Source of the DNA: Squalus acanthias | Taxonomy: Eukaryota | Length of the DNA: 64,000 bases | NCBI GenBank assembly: GCA_030390025.1 | Contig: JASTWF010000033.1 | Span: forward strand, 62,001 to 126,000 | Direction: 5' to 3' | Shown here: in pieces, positions 48,690-61,240 of the stretch | How positions within the stretch are numbered: position 1 is the stretch's first letter | How the letters are laid out: every line of letters begins with the position of its first letter | Notes under the pieces: generated by a model | The model's database searches: none | The model's input: the letters and a program-made list of their open reading frames with translations, nothing else | What the model was told of the DNA's origin: nothing | Program-made: the position numbers and the translations under genes

Positions 48690-50790
48690 TTACAGCACAA
48701 AACAGGCCATTCGGCCCTACTAGGTTATACCAGTGTTTATGCTCCACAGGCGCCTCCTCCCACCCCTCTTCATCTAACCCTATCAGCAAAACCTTCTACT
48801 GCTATCTACCCTTAAATGCATCTCTGCTGTTCGCCTCAAGGACTCCAAGTTGTAGCGAGTTCCACATTCTAACCAATCTCTGAGTAAAGAAATTTCTCCT
48901 CAATAATGTATTGGATTTATTAGTGACTATCTTTTATCGATAATCTCCAATTTTGCCCTCACGTCACAAGTATAAACATCTACCCTATATTACCCTTCAA
49001 ATTTTAAAGGCCACTATTAGGTCACCCCTCAAGCTTCTCTTTTGTAAAGAAAAGAGCCGCAGCCTGTTCAATCGTTTCTGATGGTTATAATGTCTCAGTT
49101 CTGGTGTCATCCTTGTAAATAATTGCACTTTCCCCTGAGCCATAATATCCTTTATGTAATATGGAGATCAGAACTGCACACAGTCCGCTCACCGTGGTAT
49201 AACCAAGGTTCTTTCTAAGTTTAAGCTAAACTCTTTGCCTTACGATTCCATTCTTTTAGAAATGAACCCCAGTGCTTTGTTTGCATGTTTATGGCCTTGT
49301 TAACTTGCATTGCTACTTTAAATGATTAGTTAATCGGTAGCCCTCTACCCCATTCCCACTCAGTTTTTCCAAGGAGTATTTGGGAACCTTATTCTTCCTA
49401 CCAAAATGCAGTACCTCTCACTTAGCTATATTGAAATTAATTTGCCATTTAAACACCCTTTCTGCAAGTTTATGACTTTCTTCAGATATTGTGTTGCATT
49501 CTTCCTCTGTATTAACTGTACTCCCAATTTTGGATTCATCTGCAAATTTTGAATTTGTGCTTCTGCTTCCCGAATCAATATCGTTTATGTAAATGGTGAA
49601 CAACAGGGGTGGCAACGCCGATCCTTGTGGAACATCACTTCTCACCATCCACCTATTGAGTAATTAGCTTTATCCACTATTCCCTATTTTCTGTTCTTGC
49701 AGCCATCTTGCTATCCATTCTGCTGCTTGTCTCCTAACTCCACTTGATCTGTGATTCAGTCTGCTATGTGATAACTTATCGAATGGCTTTAAAACAATCA
49801 ACGTATATTACATCTACTACATTACCCTTATCTACTCGTTCTGGTACTTATTCAACGAATTCGCTAAGGTTACTCAAGCAAGACATTCCAAAGTGGGTAC
49901 AGGAACAGAGGGACCTAGGGTACATGTTCAAAAATCGTTGAAGGTGGCAGGGCAGGTTGAGAAAGCGTTTAAAAATGCTTACGGGAATCTCAGCTTTATA
50001 AATAGAGGCAAAGCAAGGAAGTTATGATGAACCTTTATAAAACATTGGCCCGGCCATAACTGGAGTATTGTGTCCAATTCTCGGCACCACACTTTAGGAA
50101 GGGCATGAAGGCTTTAGAGAGGGTGCAGAAAAAATTCGCAAGAATGGTTCGAGGGATGAGGGTCTTTGGTTACGTAGATATACCAATGAAGTTGGGGCTG
50201 TTCTCCTTAGAGCAGAGAAGATTGAGAGGAGATTTGAGAGAGGTGATCAATATCATTAGGGGTCTAGACAGAGCAGACAGAGTAGATAGAGAGAAGCTGT
50301 TCCCATTGGTGGAACGGTCGAGAACCAGAGGACACAGGTTTTATTTGATCTGCTGAAGATCCAAAGGTGACATGAGGAAAAACTTTTCAAGGCAGTGAGT
50401 GGTTATGATCTGGAATGCACTGTTTGAAAGAATGGTGGAGGCAGATTCAATCGTGGGTTTCAAAAGGGAATGGTATAAGCACCTGAAGGAAAATAATTTC
50501 AGGGCTATGGCGAAAGGGCGGGGGATTGGAATTAGCTGCAGTGCATGTGCAGAGAGTGAGCACGGGCTCGACGGGCCGAATGGCCTCCTTCTGTGCAGTA
50601 ACCATTCTGTGATTCCTTTTAAGAATACCTGCTGACTACTCGTTATTATATTTTGTGTTTCGAGATGTATTTCTGTAACATTTTTGAGTAAGGATTCCAT
50701 TATTTTTCCTACCATCGAGGTTATGCTGACTGGTCTGTAGATCCTTGGAGTTGTTCTATCTTCCATTTTAAACACAGGAATAACATTTAA
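48690..50790 (-). mobile_element. Old CR1 (minus) with a nested plus-strand CR1 fragment at ~49890-50612
   Basis: RT motifs on both strands; the outer element resumes at ~50613. Confidence 0.85.
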
Positions 50791-52220
50791 ATGGTGAATC
50801 ACAGTGGCCTTCCCTTCCCTTCCTCGACTTCTCGATCTTCATTTCAGGGTCTAGGTCATTCACAAATATCTACTATAATCCCACCAACTCCCACAGGAAT
50901 CTTGAGTAGAATTCCTCCCACCCGGCTTCCTGGAAGGTCTCTATTCTATTCTCACAGTTTCTCCGCCACCGTTGCATATGTTCTGACGATGCCACCTTCC
51001 ACACCAGTGCTTCTGAAATGTCTTCATATTTCCTCAGCCGTGTATTCACCTCCATTGTGAATGACAGGGCCCTCGACCGTGTCAACCCTGCATTGCTCCC
51101 ATCACCCCTTGCCGTGCCTGCTAGAACACAGATAGGGTTCCCCTTGTCCTCAGCTTCAACGGCACCAGCCTTCACATTCAACAGATCATCATCTGCCATT
51201 TCCGTCATGTCCAGCTATGGCCACCAACAAACATATCTTCTGCTTCCCTCCCGTTCCCCGGTCTCGTGACACCCTGGTCCACTCTTCTGTCACACCTAAC
51301 ATCTGCTCCCCTTCCCCGGCACCTTCCTATGCAAGCGCAGGAGATTCAACAGCTGCCCTTTCCACTCTTTCCATCCCACCAGCAAGGTCCCAAAAATTCC
51401 ATCCACGTGAAAGACTAATTGACTTGTACTTCTTCCAATTAATATATCATATTCGCTGCACACGACCCAGTCTCCTGTACATTGGGTGGACTAAATGCAG
51501 ATTGAGTAATTGCTTTGCTGAACGCCTCCGTTCAGTCCGCAAGTGTGATCCTGAGCTTCAGGTCATTTGCCACTTTCATTCTACATCCCACTCCCACTTT
51601 GAACTCTCTGTTCTCGGCCTCCTGCACTGTTCCCCTTTTAATATCAATGAGGAACAGCACCGTATCATTAGGTTAGTTATTTTATTGCCTTCTGGACTCA
51701 AAACGAAGTTTAAAAACTTCAGATCATAACCTCCGCTCCCGTTCTCTCGGACGACATGTGCTGGTAATGGAGGATGACTCCACCAGAGCCACTGGGAGTG
51801 GAGGAGGTTTGGGCTGGGGCTTTGTGGTGGCGATCCCGGCACACGGCCAGCGAGCTGGTCCAAACACCTGGGATCTACCCAACTTTCTCTGCCACATGTG
51901 CCCTACTACCCCTCCCCCTTGTTATTCTGCTGTAACCATTTACACCTCCTCTAGACCCATCTTCTGTTTCTTTAATTGTCCCATTCGCCTTGCACCATCA
52001 TCCCTTTAGTCATTGAATAACTCCTACCCTCCAGCCAATCGCAGACTTTATTCTTTCCTTATGCAAACGCACTTTTCTCTGACTCTATCATTGCTTTAAT
52101 ACTGTTAATCTCTGATATCTTCCAGTTCTGATGAAATATCATCGACCTGAAATGTTAACTCTGTTTCTCTCTACGCAGATGCTGCCTGACCGGCTGAGTG
52201 TTTTCAGCATTGTCTTTTTT
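50791..52220 (+). mobile_element. Second Penelope-like element (different family), degenerate 3' half
   Basis: LIYHIRCTRPSLLYIGWTKCRL...FAERLRSV GIY-YIG remnant; terminal repeat at ~52120-52220. Confidence 0.88.
52124..52160 (+). ncRNA. Minimal hammerhead ribozyme motif, stem II degenerate
   Basis: agtt-CTGATGA-aatatc(atc)gacct-GAAA-tg-TT-aact. Confidence 0.55.
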
Positions 52221-54238
52221 ACTAAATTAAAGCCAGTATTAAGTCAAAGGAGGAAGCTTATAAAGTTACCAGAAAAAGCGGTCAGCCTGAAGATTGGGAT
52301 CTTTTTAGAAATTAGCAAAGGAGGACCAAGAAATTGATAAAGAAAGGGAAAATGGAATATGAGCACAAACTAGCGAAAAATATAATAACTGATTGTAAAA
52401 GCTTCTATAGGTATGTGAAAAGGAAAAGACTGGCGAAGGTAAATGTAGGACCTTTACAGTCAGAGACGGGAGAATTTATAATGGGGAATGAGGAAATGGC
52501 CTGGAAATTAAATGAATACTTTGTTTCTGTCTTCACCGAGGAAGACACAAAAAAACTCCCAGAAATACGAGAAAACCAAGAATGTGGTGAGAATGAGGAA
52601 CTTAAAGAAATTATTATTCGTAAAAAAAACAGTGCTAGCAAAATTAATGGGACTAAAGGTCGATAAATCTGAAGGACGGGGTGACCTACATCCTATGGTT
52701 TTGAAAGAGGTGGCCATTGGAATAGTGGACGCATTGGTTGTCATCTTTCAAAATTCTATAGCTTCTGGAACGGTTCCTGCAGATTGGAGGATAGCAAATG
52801 TAACCCCGCTAATTAAGAAAGGAGGGAGAGAGAAAACGGGGACCTACAGACCTGCTAGTCTCACATCAGGAATTGGGAAAATGTTGGAACCTATTATAAA
52901 GGATGCAATAACTGGGCACTTAGAAACTAATAGTAAGATTGGACAGAGTCAACATGGATTTATGAAAGGGAAGGCCTGTTTGACAAACCTATTGGAGTTC
53001 TTTGAGGATGTAACTAGAGGAGTAGACAAAGGGGAACCGGTAGATGTCGGTGTATTTGGATTTTGAGAAGGCCTTCGATAAGGTCCCACACAAGAGGTTG
53101 GTGAACAAAATTAGAGCACATGGAATTGGAGGTAATATACTAGCATAGATTGAGAATTAGTTAATTGACAGAAAACAGAGGGTTGGGATAAACGGGTTTT
53201 TTTCAGGATGGCAAGCTGTGTAGGGTACCTCAAGGATCGGTGCTTCTGCCGAAGCTATTTACAATCTATATCAATGATTTGGATGAGGGGACTAAATGTA
53301 ATTTAAAAATTTGCTGATGACATAAAGCTAGGTGGCAGTGTCAGTTGCGTAATGGATGGGAAAATAATTCAAAGGGATCTCGACAGGCTCAGTGAGTGGG
53401 CGAGAACATGGCAGATGGATTATAATGTGGATAAATGTGAATTTTATCCGCTTTGGTAGAATAAACAGTAAGGCAGACTATTTCCTAAATGTTGAAAGAT
53501 TGGGGAATGCAGATGCTCAGAGGGACATGGGTGTCCTTGTACATGAGTCACTGAATGTGAATGTGCAGGTGCAGCAAGCCATTAGGAAAGCCAATGCTAT
53601 GCTGGCCTTCATTAAAAGAGGATTTGAGTACAGCAGTGAAGAAGTCTTACTCCAATTATGTAGAGCCTTGGTGAGACCACACCTGGAGTACTGAGTACAA
53701 TTTTGGTCTCCTTACCTAAGGAAGGATATACCTGCCATAGAGGGAGTGCAACGAAGGTTCATGAGATTGATTCCTGGGATGGCGGGACTGTCTTATGAGA
53801 AGAGATTGAGTAAACTGGGCCTGCATTCTTTTGAATTCAGAAGAAAGAGAGGGGAACTCACTGAAGCATACAAAATTATTACAGGGCTTGATAGGATGGA
53901 TTCTGGGAGAATGTTTCCCTTGGCTGGGGAGTCTAGAACCACGGGCTACAGCCTCAGAATAATGGGTAGGACATTCCGGAGTGAGATGAGAAGACATTTC
54001 TTCACACAGAGGGTGGGGAATCTTTGGAATTCTTAACCCAGAGTGCTGTGGAGGCTCAGTCATTGGATATATTCAAAACAGAAATCGATACATTTCTGAC
54101 TATTAAGGGTATCAAGGGATATGGTGATAGGGCCGGTGAATGCAGTTGAGGCAGAAGATCAGCCATGATCTCATTGAATGGCGGAGCTGGCTCGATGGGC
54201 CGAATGGCCGAATCCTGCTCCTATTTCTTATGTTCTTA
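52221..54238 (+). mobile_element. CR1 ORF2 3' two-thirds, inserted in the Penelope terminal repeat
   Basis: RT motifs and tail; the Penelope end resumes at ~54240 (CAGATTTACAGCAGTCCCAGTATTTTGC). Confidence 0.92.
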
Positions 54239-54284
54239 TCAGATTTACAGCAGTCCCAGTATTTTGCATTTGCTCATATACTTC

Positions 54285-55013
54285 CGCCTGGATATTAACA
54301 GAGGCGGGTTATGTACGATGTCCGGTGGCGGATGCGGAATATCAGACAGTAAAACCTGGAAGTCCAGGTATTCCCGGACGTCGGGGTTTGTTAACTCCAC
54401 AGCGTGCGTCATTTGTCCTTGACTGGTTCCCCACCCCGGAAGTCAGCCTGATTGGCAGTCGGGTTTCCAGTCGGACTGGGTGAGTGGACTCCGGAGCAGG
54501 ACCAGGTAGGTCCAAAGGATGAAACTGGGTTGAATGCAGTGTCTGATCCTGCGGTGTGTCCCATCACGAACTCGGGTTTTGACCGGTCCCGGGGGATTTG
54601 ACCGGTCCCGGGGGTTTGACCGGTCCCGGGGGGTGTCCAATCCCTAGTCTTGTGGATGTCCTAACCGGTCCCCAAGCTTCTATCCATGGGGGGCGTTGGG
54701 CAATGGGTAGATCTTGGGGGGGGTGGGGGGGTGGGGGGAGGTGAGTGGTGAAATCATTCCCTAGGCCCAGGAAGCCCGGCCAGCCGTAGTAAAAATGTAA
54801 AACCCGTTAAATCAGAGGCTGCCCGCCTCATTAAAATATTTTAATTGCCAACCCGCCTCCTGGGAGCGGTTCGCTGCTCGCCCCCCTGTCCCGTCTCCGT
54901 TAAACTCGGAAGCGGGCGGGTTGGAGGCGGGTTGCGGTCGGGACGATATTGCTCAATTTTCACCTCTGACCCGACCCCAACCCGCCGGTTTTTGGGGTAT
55001 TAAAATCCATCCC
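54285..55013. mobile_element. GC-rich non-autonomous DNA transposon (Harbinger-like MITE candidate)
   Basis: Imperfect TIRs (GCCTGGATATTAA / TTAAAATCCATCCC), TTA at the right flank, abrupt CpG-rich composition. Confidence 0.45.
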
Positions 55014-55087
55014 TTACTGTCTGGGCTCAGACACGAAGAATGTTTGATCAGTAATTTCCAGTCTCTTTTCCCTTCTGTGTTTTACAG

Positions 55088-55996
55088 TGAATTTGCTGGC
55101 GATTGTGATCCTGTCCCGGGGAAACTGCGGGCTCTCCACCTGCACCACTCGCTACCTGGTGGGCATGGCAGCGGCGGATCTCCTGACCATTGTCACTGAG
55201 GTCATACTGAGGAAGATCAAAGCGTATTATTTCCCAATGTGTTTCCTGGACATCTACCCTGTGTGTAGTGTTCTCGCTGTCCTGATCCTTGCAGCCACAG
55301 ACTGTTCTGTCTGGTTCACCGTCACTTTCACCTTTGATCGATTTGTGGCCATTTGTTGTCAGAAGCTGAAAACTAAATATTGCACCGGGAAAACTGCGGC
55401 TGTGGTTCTGGCAACAACCGGCATTCTGCAATGTTTAAAAAACGTTCCCTTCTACTTTGTAAGTCAACCCGTGGAGATAATCGACAATGTGTCTTGGTTC
55501 TGTTTCGCAATCCCGAGCTTTTATACTGAGCCGGGATGGTTGGGATTTACTTGGTTTATTATAGTTTTAAACCCCATTCCTCCCATTCGCTGTAATTCTG
55601 TTGCTCAACGCTCTGACAGTCAAACACATTTTAGTGGCCAGTCGGGTCCGGAAGGGACTGAGGGGTGAGAGCAAGGGAGAGAATGGCAGAGATCCAGAGA
55701 TGGAGAGCAGAAGGAAGTCTATGATTTTACTCTTCACCATATCCGCCAACTTTATACTGCTGTGGCTGGTCTATGTTATAAATTTCTTATATTATAACAT
55801 TACAGGAACAAATCCCCTTTATTACACTGGTTCTTTATTTATCTTTCAACAAGTCGGATATATGCTGCGGGATTTAAGTTGCTGCACAAACACATTTATT
55901 TATGGGGTGACCCAGTCCAAGTTCAGAGAGCAGGTGAAGAGGGCGGTGAAATATCCGGTTACCTCAATTAGTCAATTCATTCATAATCAGAAATAA
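55088..55996 (+). CDS. GPR139-like GPCR exon 2 (TM1 end to C-terminus), frameshifted at ~55570
   Basis: Hydrophobic segments and GPCR motifs across two overlapping frames. Confidence 0.88.
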
Positions 55997-56544
55997 CTGA
56001 GCACAGCCTAGAGGCGGCTCCCAGTGTTTCCAGCCCAGGAATGTAAGATTCAGCCCCAGACTGCCATCCACTGAATTACACCAGCAATCGCTGGAGATCT
56101 GAAGATACAGCCAGCGGCGGGGCGAGCACTGTATTTAGGACTCGGCACTGTTTCTGACTGACATTTCCCACATTGTCTTTCGGGACAGGACCACTAGTTT
56201 GCTGCTTTCACTCTGAGCTCTTCTGCAAAGAGTCCCTTCAGCGATTGAGGGCAGCAATTCATTCGCTGCTTCCAGAGTAAGAGCCTGGTCAATAGGTAGG
56301 CAGACAGAGCTGAGCTGAGCTGCAGTTCAGAGGATTATATTACCTGGAATATACAGCACACAAACAGGCCATTCGGCCCAGTCAGTCTGTGCTGGTCTTT
56401 ATCCTCCATATCAGTCTCCTCTCATTGCATCTACCTCATCTCAGTCTCTAAGAATATATTTATATTCCTCTTTCTTGCATTTACTGGTTTAGTTTCATTC
56501 TGAAATAATCTAAACTATTTTCCTCAAGCACTTCCTGTGGTAGT

Positions 56545-58034
56545 AACATAGAAGATAGGAGCAGGAGTAGGCCATTCGGCCTCTCGAGCCTGCTCCGCCA
56601 TTCGATGAGATCATGGCTGATCATCCAAACTCAGTACCCTGTACCTGCCTTCTCCCCATATCCCTTGATACCTTTAGCTTTAAGAAATATATCTAACTCA
56701 TTCTTGAATATATTTAATGACTTGGCCTCAACTACCTTCTGTGGTAGAGAATTCCACAGGTTCAACACTCTCTGGGTGAAGAAATTCCTCCTCATTTCTG
56801 TCCTAAATGGCTTACCCGTTATCTTTAGATTATGACCCCTGGTTCTGGACTCTCCGACCATCGGCTACATTCTTCCTGCATCTAGTTTGTCCAGGCCTGT
56901 CAGAATTTTATATGTTTCGATGAGATCCCCTCTCATTCTTCTATACTCCAGCGAGTATAAGCCCAATCGACCCAATCTCTCCTCAGATGTCATTCCAGCC
57001 ATCCCAGGTATCAGCCTTGTGAATCTTCGCTGAACTCCTTCCATGGCAAGAACATCCTTCCTCAGATAAGGCGACCAAAACTGCACACAGTACTCAAGGT
57101 GTGGTCTCACCAAGGGCCTGTAAAACTGCAGCAGGACATCCCTGTTCCTATACTCAAACCCTTTCGCTATGAAGGACAACATACCATTTGCCTTCTTCAC
57201 CGCCTGCTGCACCTGCATGCTTACTTTCAGCGACTGGTGCACAAGGACACCCAGGTCTCGTTGCACTTCCCCTTCTCCCAATCTATTGCCATTCAGATAA
57301 TAGTCTGCCTTTCTGTTTTTGACACCAAAGTGGATAACCTCGCACTTATCCACGTTATATTGCATCTGCCACGCTTCTGCCCACTAACCAAACCTGTCCA
57401 AATCATCCTGGAGTTTCTCGGTATCCTCCTCGCATCACACACACCCACCCAGCTTTGTGTCATCTGCAAACTTGGACATATTACATTTAGTTCCCTTATC
57501 TAGACCATTAATGTATATTATGAATAGCTGGGGTCCAAGGACCGATCCCTACGGTACCCCACTAGTCACTGCTTGCCACTCAGAAAAAGACCCATTAATT
57601 CCTACTCTCTGTTTTCTGTCCGCCAACCAGTTCTCTATCCAAGTCAATACCTTGCCCCCAATCCCATGTGCCTTAACTTTACACGCTATAATCTTATGCG
57701 GGACCTTTTCAAAAGCCTTTTGAAAGTCCAAATACACTCCCTCTACTGGTTCTCCCCTATCTATTTTCCCAGTTACATCCTCAAAAAATTCCAGTAGATT
57801 AGTCAAGCACGATTTACCTTTTGTAAATCCATGTTGACTTTGTCCGATCCTGTCACTGTTTTTCATGTGCTCAGCTATTACATCCTTTATAATGGACTCT
57901 AGCATTTTCCCCACTACCGATGTCAGGCTTACCGGTCTGTAATTCCCCGCTTTCTCTCTACCACCCTTTTTGAATAGTGGGTTAACATTAGCTACCCTCC
58001 AATCCATGGGTACCGTTCCAGATTTCATCGAATG
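56545..58034 (-). mobile_element. CR1 RT fragment
   Basis: ORFs 57549-58058, 56865-57365 and 56631-56861. Confidence 0.95.
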
Positions 58035-58321
58035 TAGTGAGGTCCACATTCTAGCCACTCTGAGTACAGAAATTGCTCCTTATTTCCCAATTGAATTTAT
58101 TAGTAAATATCTTGTATTTATGACCCCAAGTGTTGCATTCTCCCACAAGTGTAAACATTCTCTCCACATCTACCCTGTCCAACCCATTCATAATTTTCAA
58201 GATCTCTATCAGGCCTCAGCAATGTCCTCTCTCAGCTATAGCAGAAAGGCCCAACCTGTTCAATCTTTCCCGATAGCTGCAATCTTTCAGTTCTGGTGCC
58301 ATCCACCTAATTATTTGTAAG

Positions 58322-59118
58322 AACGAAGCTATTGGCCCACTTCACAAACTCCGTTGCCTAAACACCGACTCCATCCCTCTCCTTGGCACCAAAAAATGCT
58401 GTTTGCAACCTTGGTGTCGTATTTGACCACGGGATGATCTTCCGACCGGATATTCACTCCTTCACAAGGACGGCTTACTTCCACCTCGGTAACATCGCTG
58501 AACTTCGTCCCTGCCTCAGCTCATCTGCTGCTCAAACCATCATCCAGGCCTTTGCTAGCTCTCGACTTGATAACACCAACTCTCTCCTGGCTGGCTTACC
58601 AATACCCACCCTACATAACTTGAGATCATCCAAAGCTGTGCTGCCCGTAACCTAACCCACACCAAATCCCGGTAAAGCACCACCCCTGTGCTCGCTGACC
58701 TACAGTGACTCCCGTTCCGGCAATGCCTCCATTTTAAAATTATCATCCTTGCTTTCAAATCCTTCCATGGCCTCGCCCTCCCTACCTCTGCAAGCTCCAC
58801 CAGCCCTACAACACTCCCGAGATCTCTGTGTTACTCTAATTCTGGCCTCTTTCACATCTCCGATTGTAACCGCTCCACCATTGGCGGCTGCCTGGGCCCT
58901 AAGCTCAGGAATCCCCTCCCTGAACCTCTCTGCTTCTCTAAATCTCCCTCCTCCTTTAAGATGCTGCTTAAAACTTACCTCTTTGACTAAGCTTTTGGTC
59001 ATCTTTCCAGATATCTCCTTATGTGGCTCAGGGTCAGGTGTTGTTCAATATCGCTCCCGTGAATCGCTTGGGTCATTTTACTATATTAAAGGCGCTATAT
59101 AAATACAAGTTGTTGCTG
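58322..59118 (+). mobile_element. L2 LINE 3' fragment
   Basis: NLGVVFD...AYFHLGNIAELRPCLS...SRLDNTNSLLAGLP; (TTG)n tail; TSD TTGTAAG. Confidence 0.9.
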
Positions 59119-59619
59119 TTGTAAGTATTTTTTGCACTGTCTCCAGTTCTTCTATGTCCTTTTTATATTATGAAGACCATAACTCTGCACAGTTCTCTAA
59201 GTGTGACGTGACCCGGGTCCTATACATGTTTAATACAATTTACAAAGTATTTACAGGACAGAGACAGGCCATTCGACTCAAAATGTCCATGTTGGTGTCC
59301 ATGCTCCACACGACCCTCCACCCACCCTCCTTCATCTAACCCAGTAAAAATATCATTCTATTCCTTTCCCCCTTTAAATGTGTCTGTGCTATTCGCATCA
59401 ACTGCTCCTTGTGGTAGCGAGTTCCACATTCTGACCACTCATTTGGTAAAAAGGTTTCTCCTGAATTCCCTATTAGATATATTAATGATTATCTTAAATC
59501 TATGGCCCCGAGTTCTAGTCTCTCCTGAAAGTGGAAACATCTTCTCTAATCTACCCTATGAAACCCTTTCATAATCTCAAAGAACTCTATCTGATCATCC
59601 CTCAGTCTTCACTTTCCAA

Positions 59620-61240
59620 AAGAAAAGGTGTTGGGGAAATTGATGGGCCTGAAGGCTGATAAATCCCCAGGGCCTGATGGTCTGCATCCCAGAGTACTTA
59701 AGGACTTGGCCTTGGAAATAGTGGATGAATTGACGATCATTTTCCAACATTCCTTAGACTCTGGATCAGTTCCGAAGGAGTGGAGGGTGGCTAATGTAAC
59801 CACTCTTTTTAAAAAAGGAGGGAGGGAGAAAGCAGGGAATTATAGACCGGTCAGCCTGACATCGGTGGTGGGTAAAATGATGGAATCAATTATTAAAGAT
59901 GTCATAACAGACCATTTGGAAAGTGGCGACATGATAGGTCCAAGTCAGCATGGATTTGTGAAAGGGAAATCATGCTTGACAAATCTTCTGGAATTTTTTG
60001 AGGATGTTTCCAATAGTGTGGACCGGGGGGAAGCAGTAGATGTGGTGTATTTGGACTTTCAGAAGGCCTTCGACAAGTTCCCACAAAAGAGATTGGTGTG
60101 CAAAGTTACAGCACATGGGATTGGGTGTAATGTGTTGACGTGGATTGAGAACTGGTTGGCAGACAGGAAACAAAGAGTAGGAGTAAATGGGTACTTTTCA
60201 GAATGGCAGGCAGTGACCAGCGGGGTACCACAGGGTTCGGTGCTGGGACCCCAGCTGTTTACATTATATATTAATGATTTGGACGAAGGGATTAATTGTA
60301 ATATCTCCAAATTTGCGGATGACACTAAATTGGGAGGCAGTGTGAACAATGAGGAGGATGCTAGGAGGCTACAGAGTGACTTGGACAGGTTGGGTGAATG
60401 GGAAAATGTATGGCAGATGAAGTACAATGTGGATAAATGTGAGGTTATCCACTTTGGTGTTAAAAATAGGGAGACAGACTATTACCTGAATTGTGGCAGA
60501 TTAGGGAAAGGGGAGGTGCAACGAGACCTGGGCATCATGGTACATCAGTCACTGAAGGTGGGAATGCAAGTGCATAAGGCAGTCAAGAAAGCAAATGGCA
60601 TGATGGCCTTCATAGCAAGGGGATTTGAGTACAGGAGTAGGGAGGTGATGCTGCAGTTGTACAGGGCCTTGGTGAGGCCACACCTGGAGGATTGTGTGCA
60701 GTTTTGGTCTCCTAACTTGAGGAAGGACATTCTTGCTATTGAGGGAGTGCAACGAAGGTTCACTGGATTGATTCCTGGGATTGCCAGACTGACATATCAA
60801 GAAAGACTGGATCAACTGAACTTGTATCCTCTGCAGTTCGGAGAATGAGGGGGGATCTTATAGAGACGTTTAAAATCCTGACTGGTTTAGACAAATTAGA
60901 TGCGGGCAGACTGTTTGCAATGTTAGGCAAAACTAAAACCAGGGGTCACAGTCTAAGGATTAAGGGGAAGCCATTTAAGACTGAAATGAGGAGGAACTTC
61001 TTCACCCAGAGAGTGGTGAATCTGTGGAATTCTCTACCACAGAAGGTTGTTGAGGCCAGTTCGCTAAATATATTCAAAAGGGAGTTAGATATAATACTCA
61101 CAGCTAGGGGGATCAAGGGGTATGGCGAGAAAGCAGGAATGGGGTACTGAGGTAGCATGTTCAGCCATGAACGCAGGCTCGAAGGACCGAATGGTCTACT
61201 CCTGTAGCTATTTTCTATGTTTCTATGTTTCTATGTTTCT
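59620..61240 (+). mobile_element. CR1 RT fragment with a 406-aa open frame, nested in a minus-strand CR1 (59250-61850)
   Basis: ORF 59628-60848 with RT motifs; (TTTCTATG)n tail. Confidence 0.95.

Larger units (their letters stand above)
41804..55996 (+). pseudogene. GPR139-like class A (rhodopsin-family) GPCR, two exons (41804-41870, 55088-55996), one +1 frameshift
   Basis: Exon 1 MLNTYDSVEKIYYMIIAVIGVP ends in a phase-1 GTAAGT; exon 2 follows TTTTACAG. Motifs MAAADLL (TM2), TFDRFVAIC (TM3) and CCTNTFIYG (TM7). An extra A at ~55570 splits ORFs 55087-55668 and 55601-55996. Confidence 0.9.
56350..59240 (-). mobile_element. Old CR1 3' fragment hosting nested CR1 and L2 insertions
   Basis: Sequence is contiguous once 56545-58034 and 58322-59118 are removed. 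Confidence 0.75.

Noticed and set aside
57099..60815. Antisense ORFs such as PPNLVSSANLEIL
   Set aside because: Reverse-strand shadows of CR1 reverse transcriptase.
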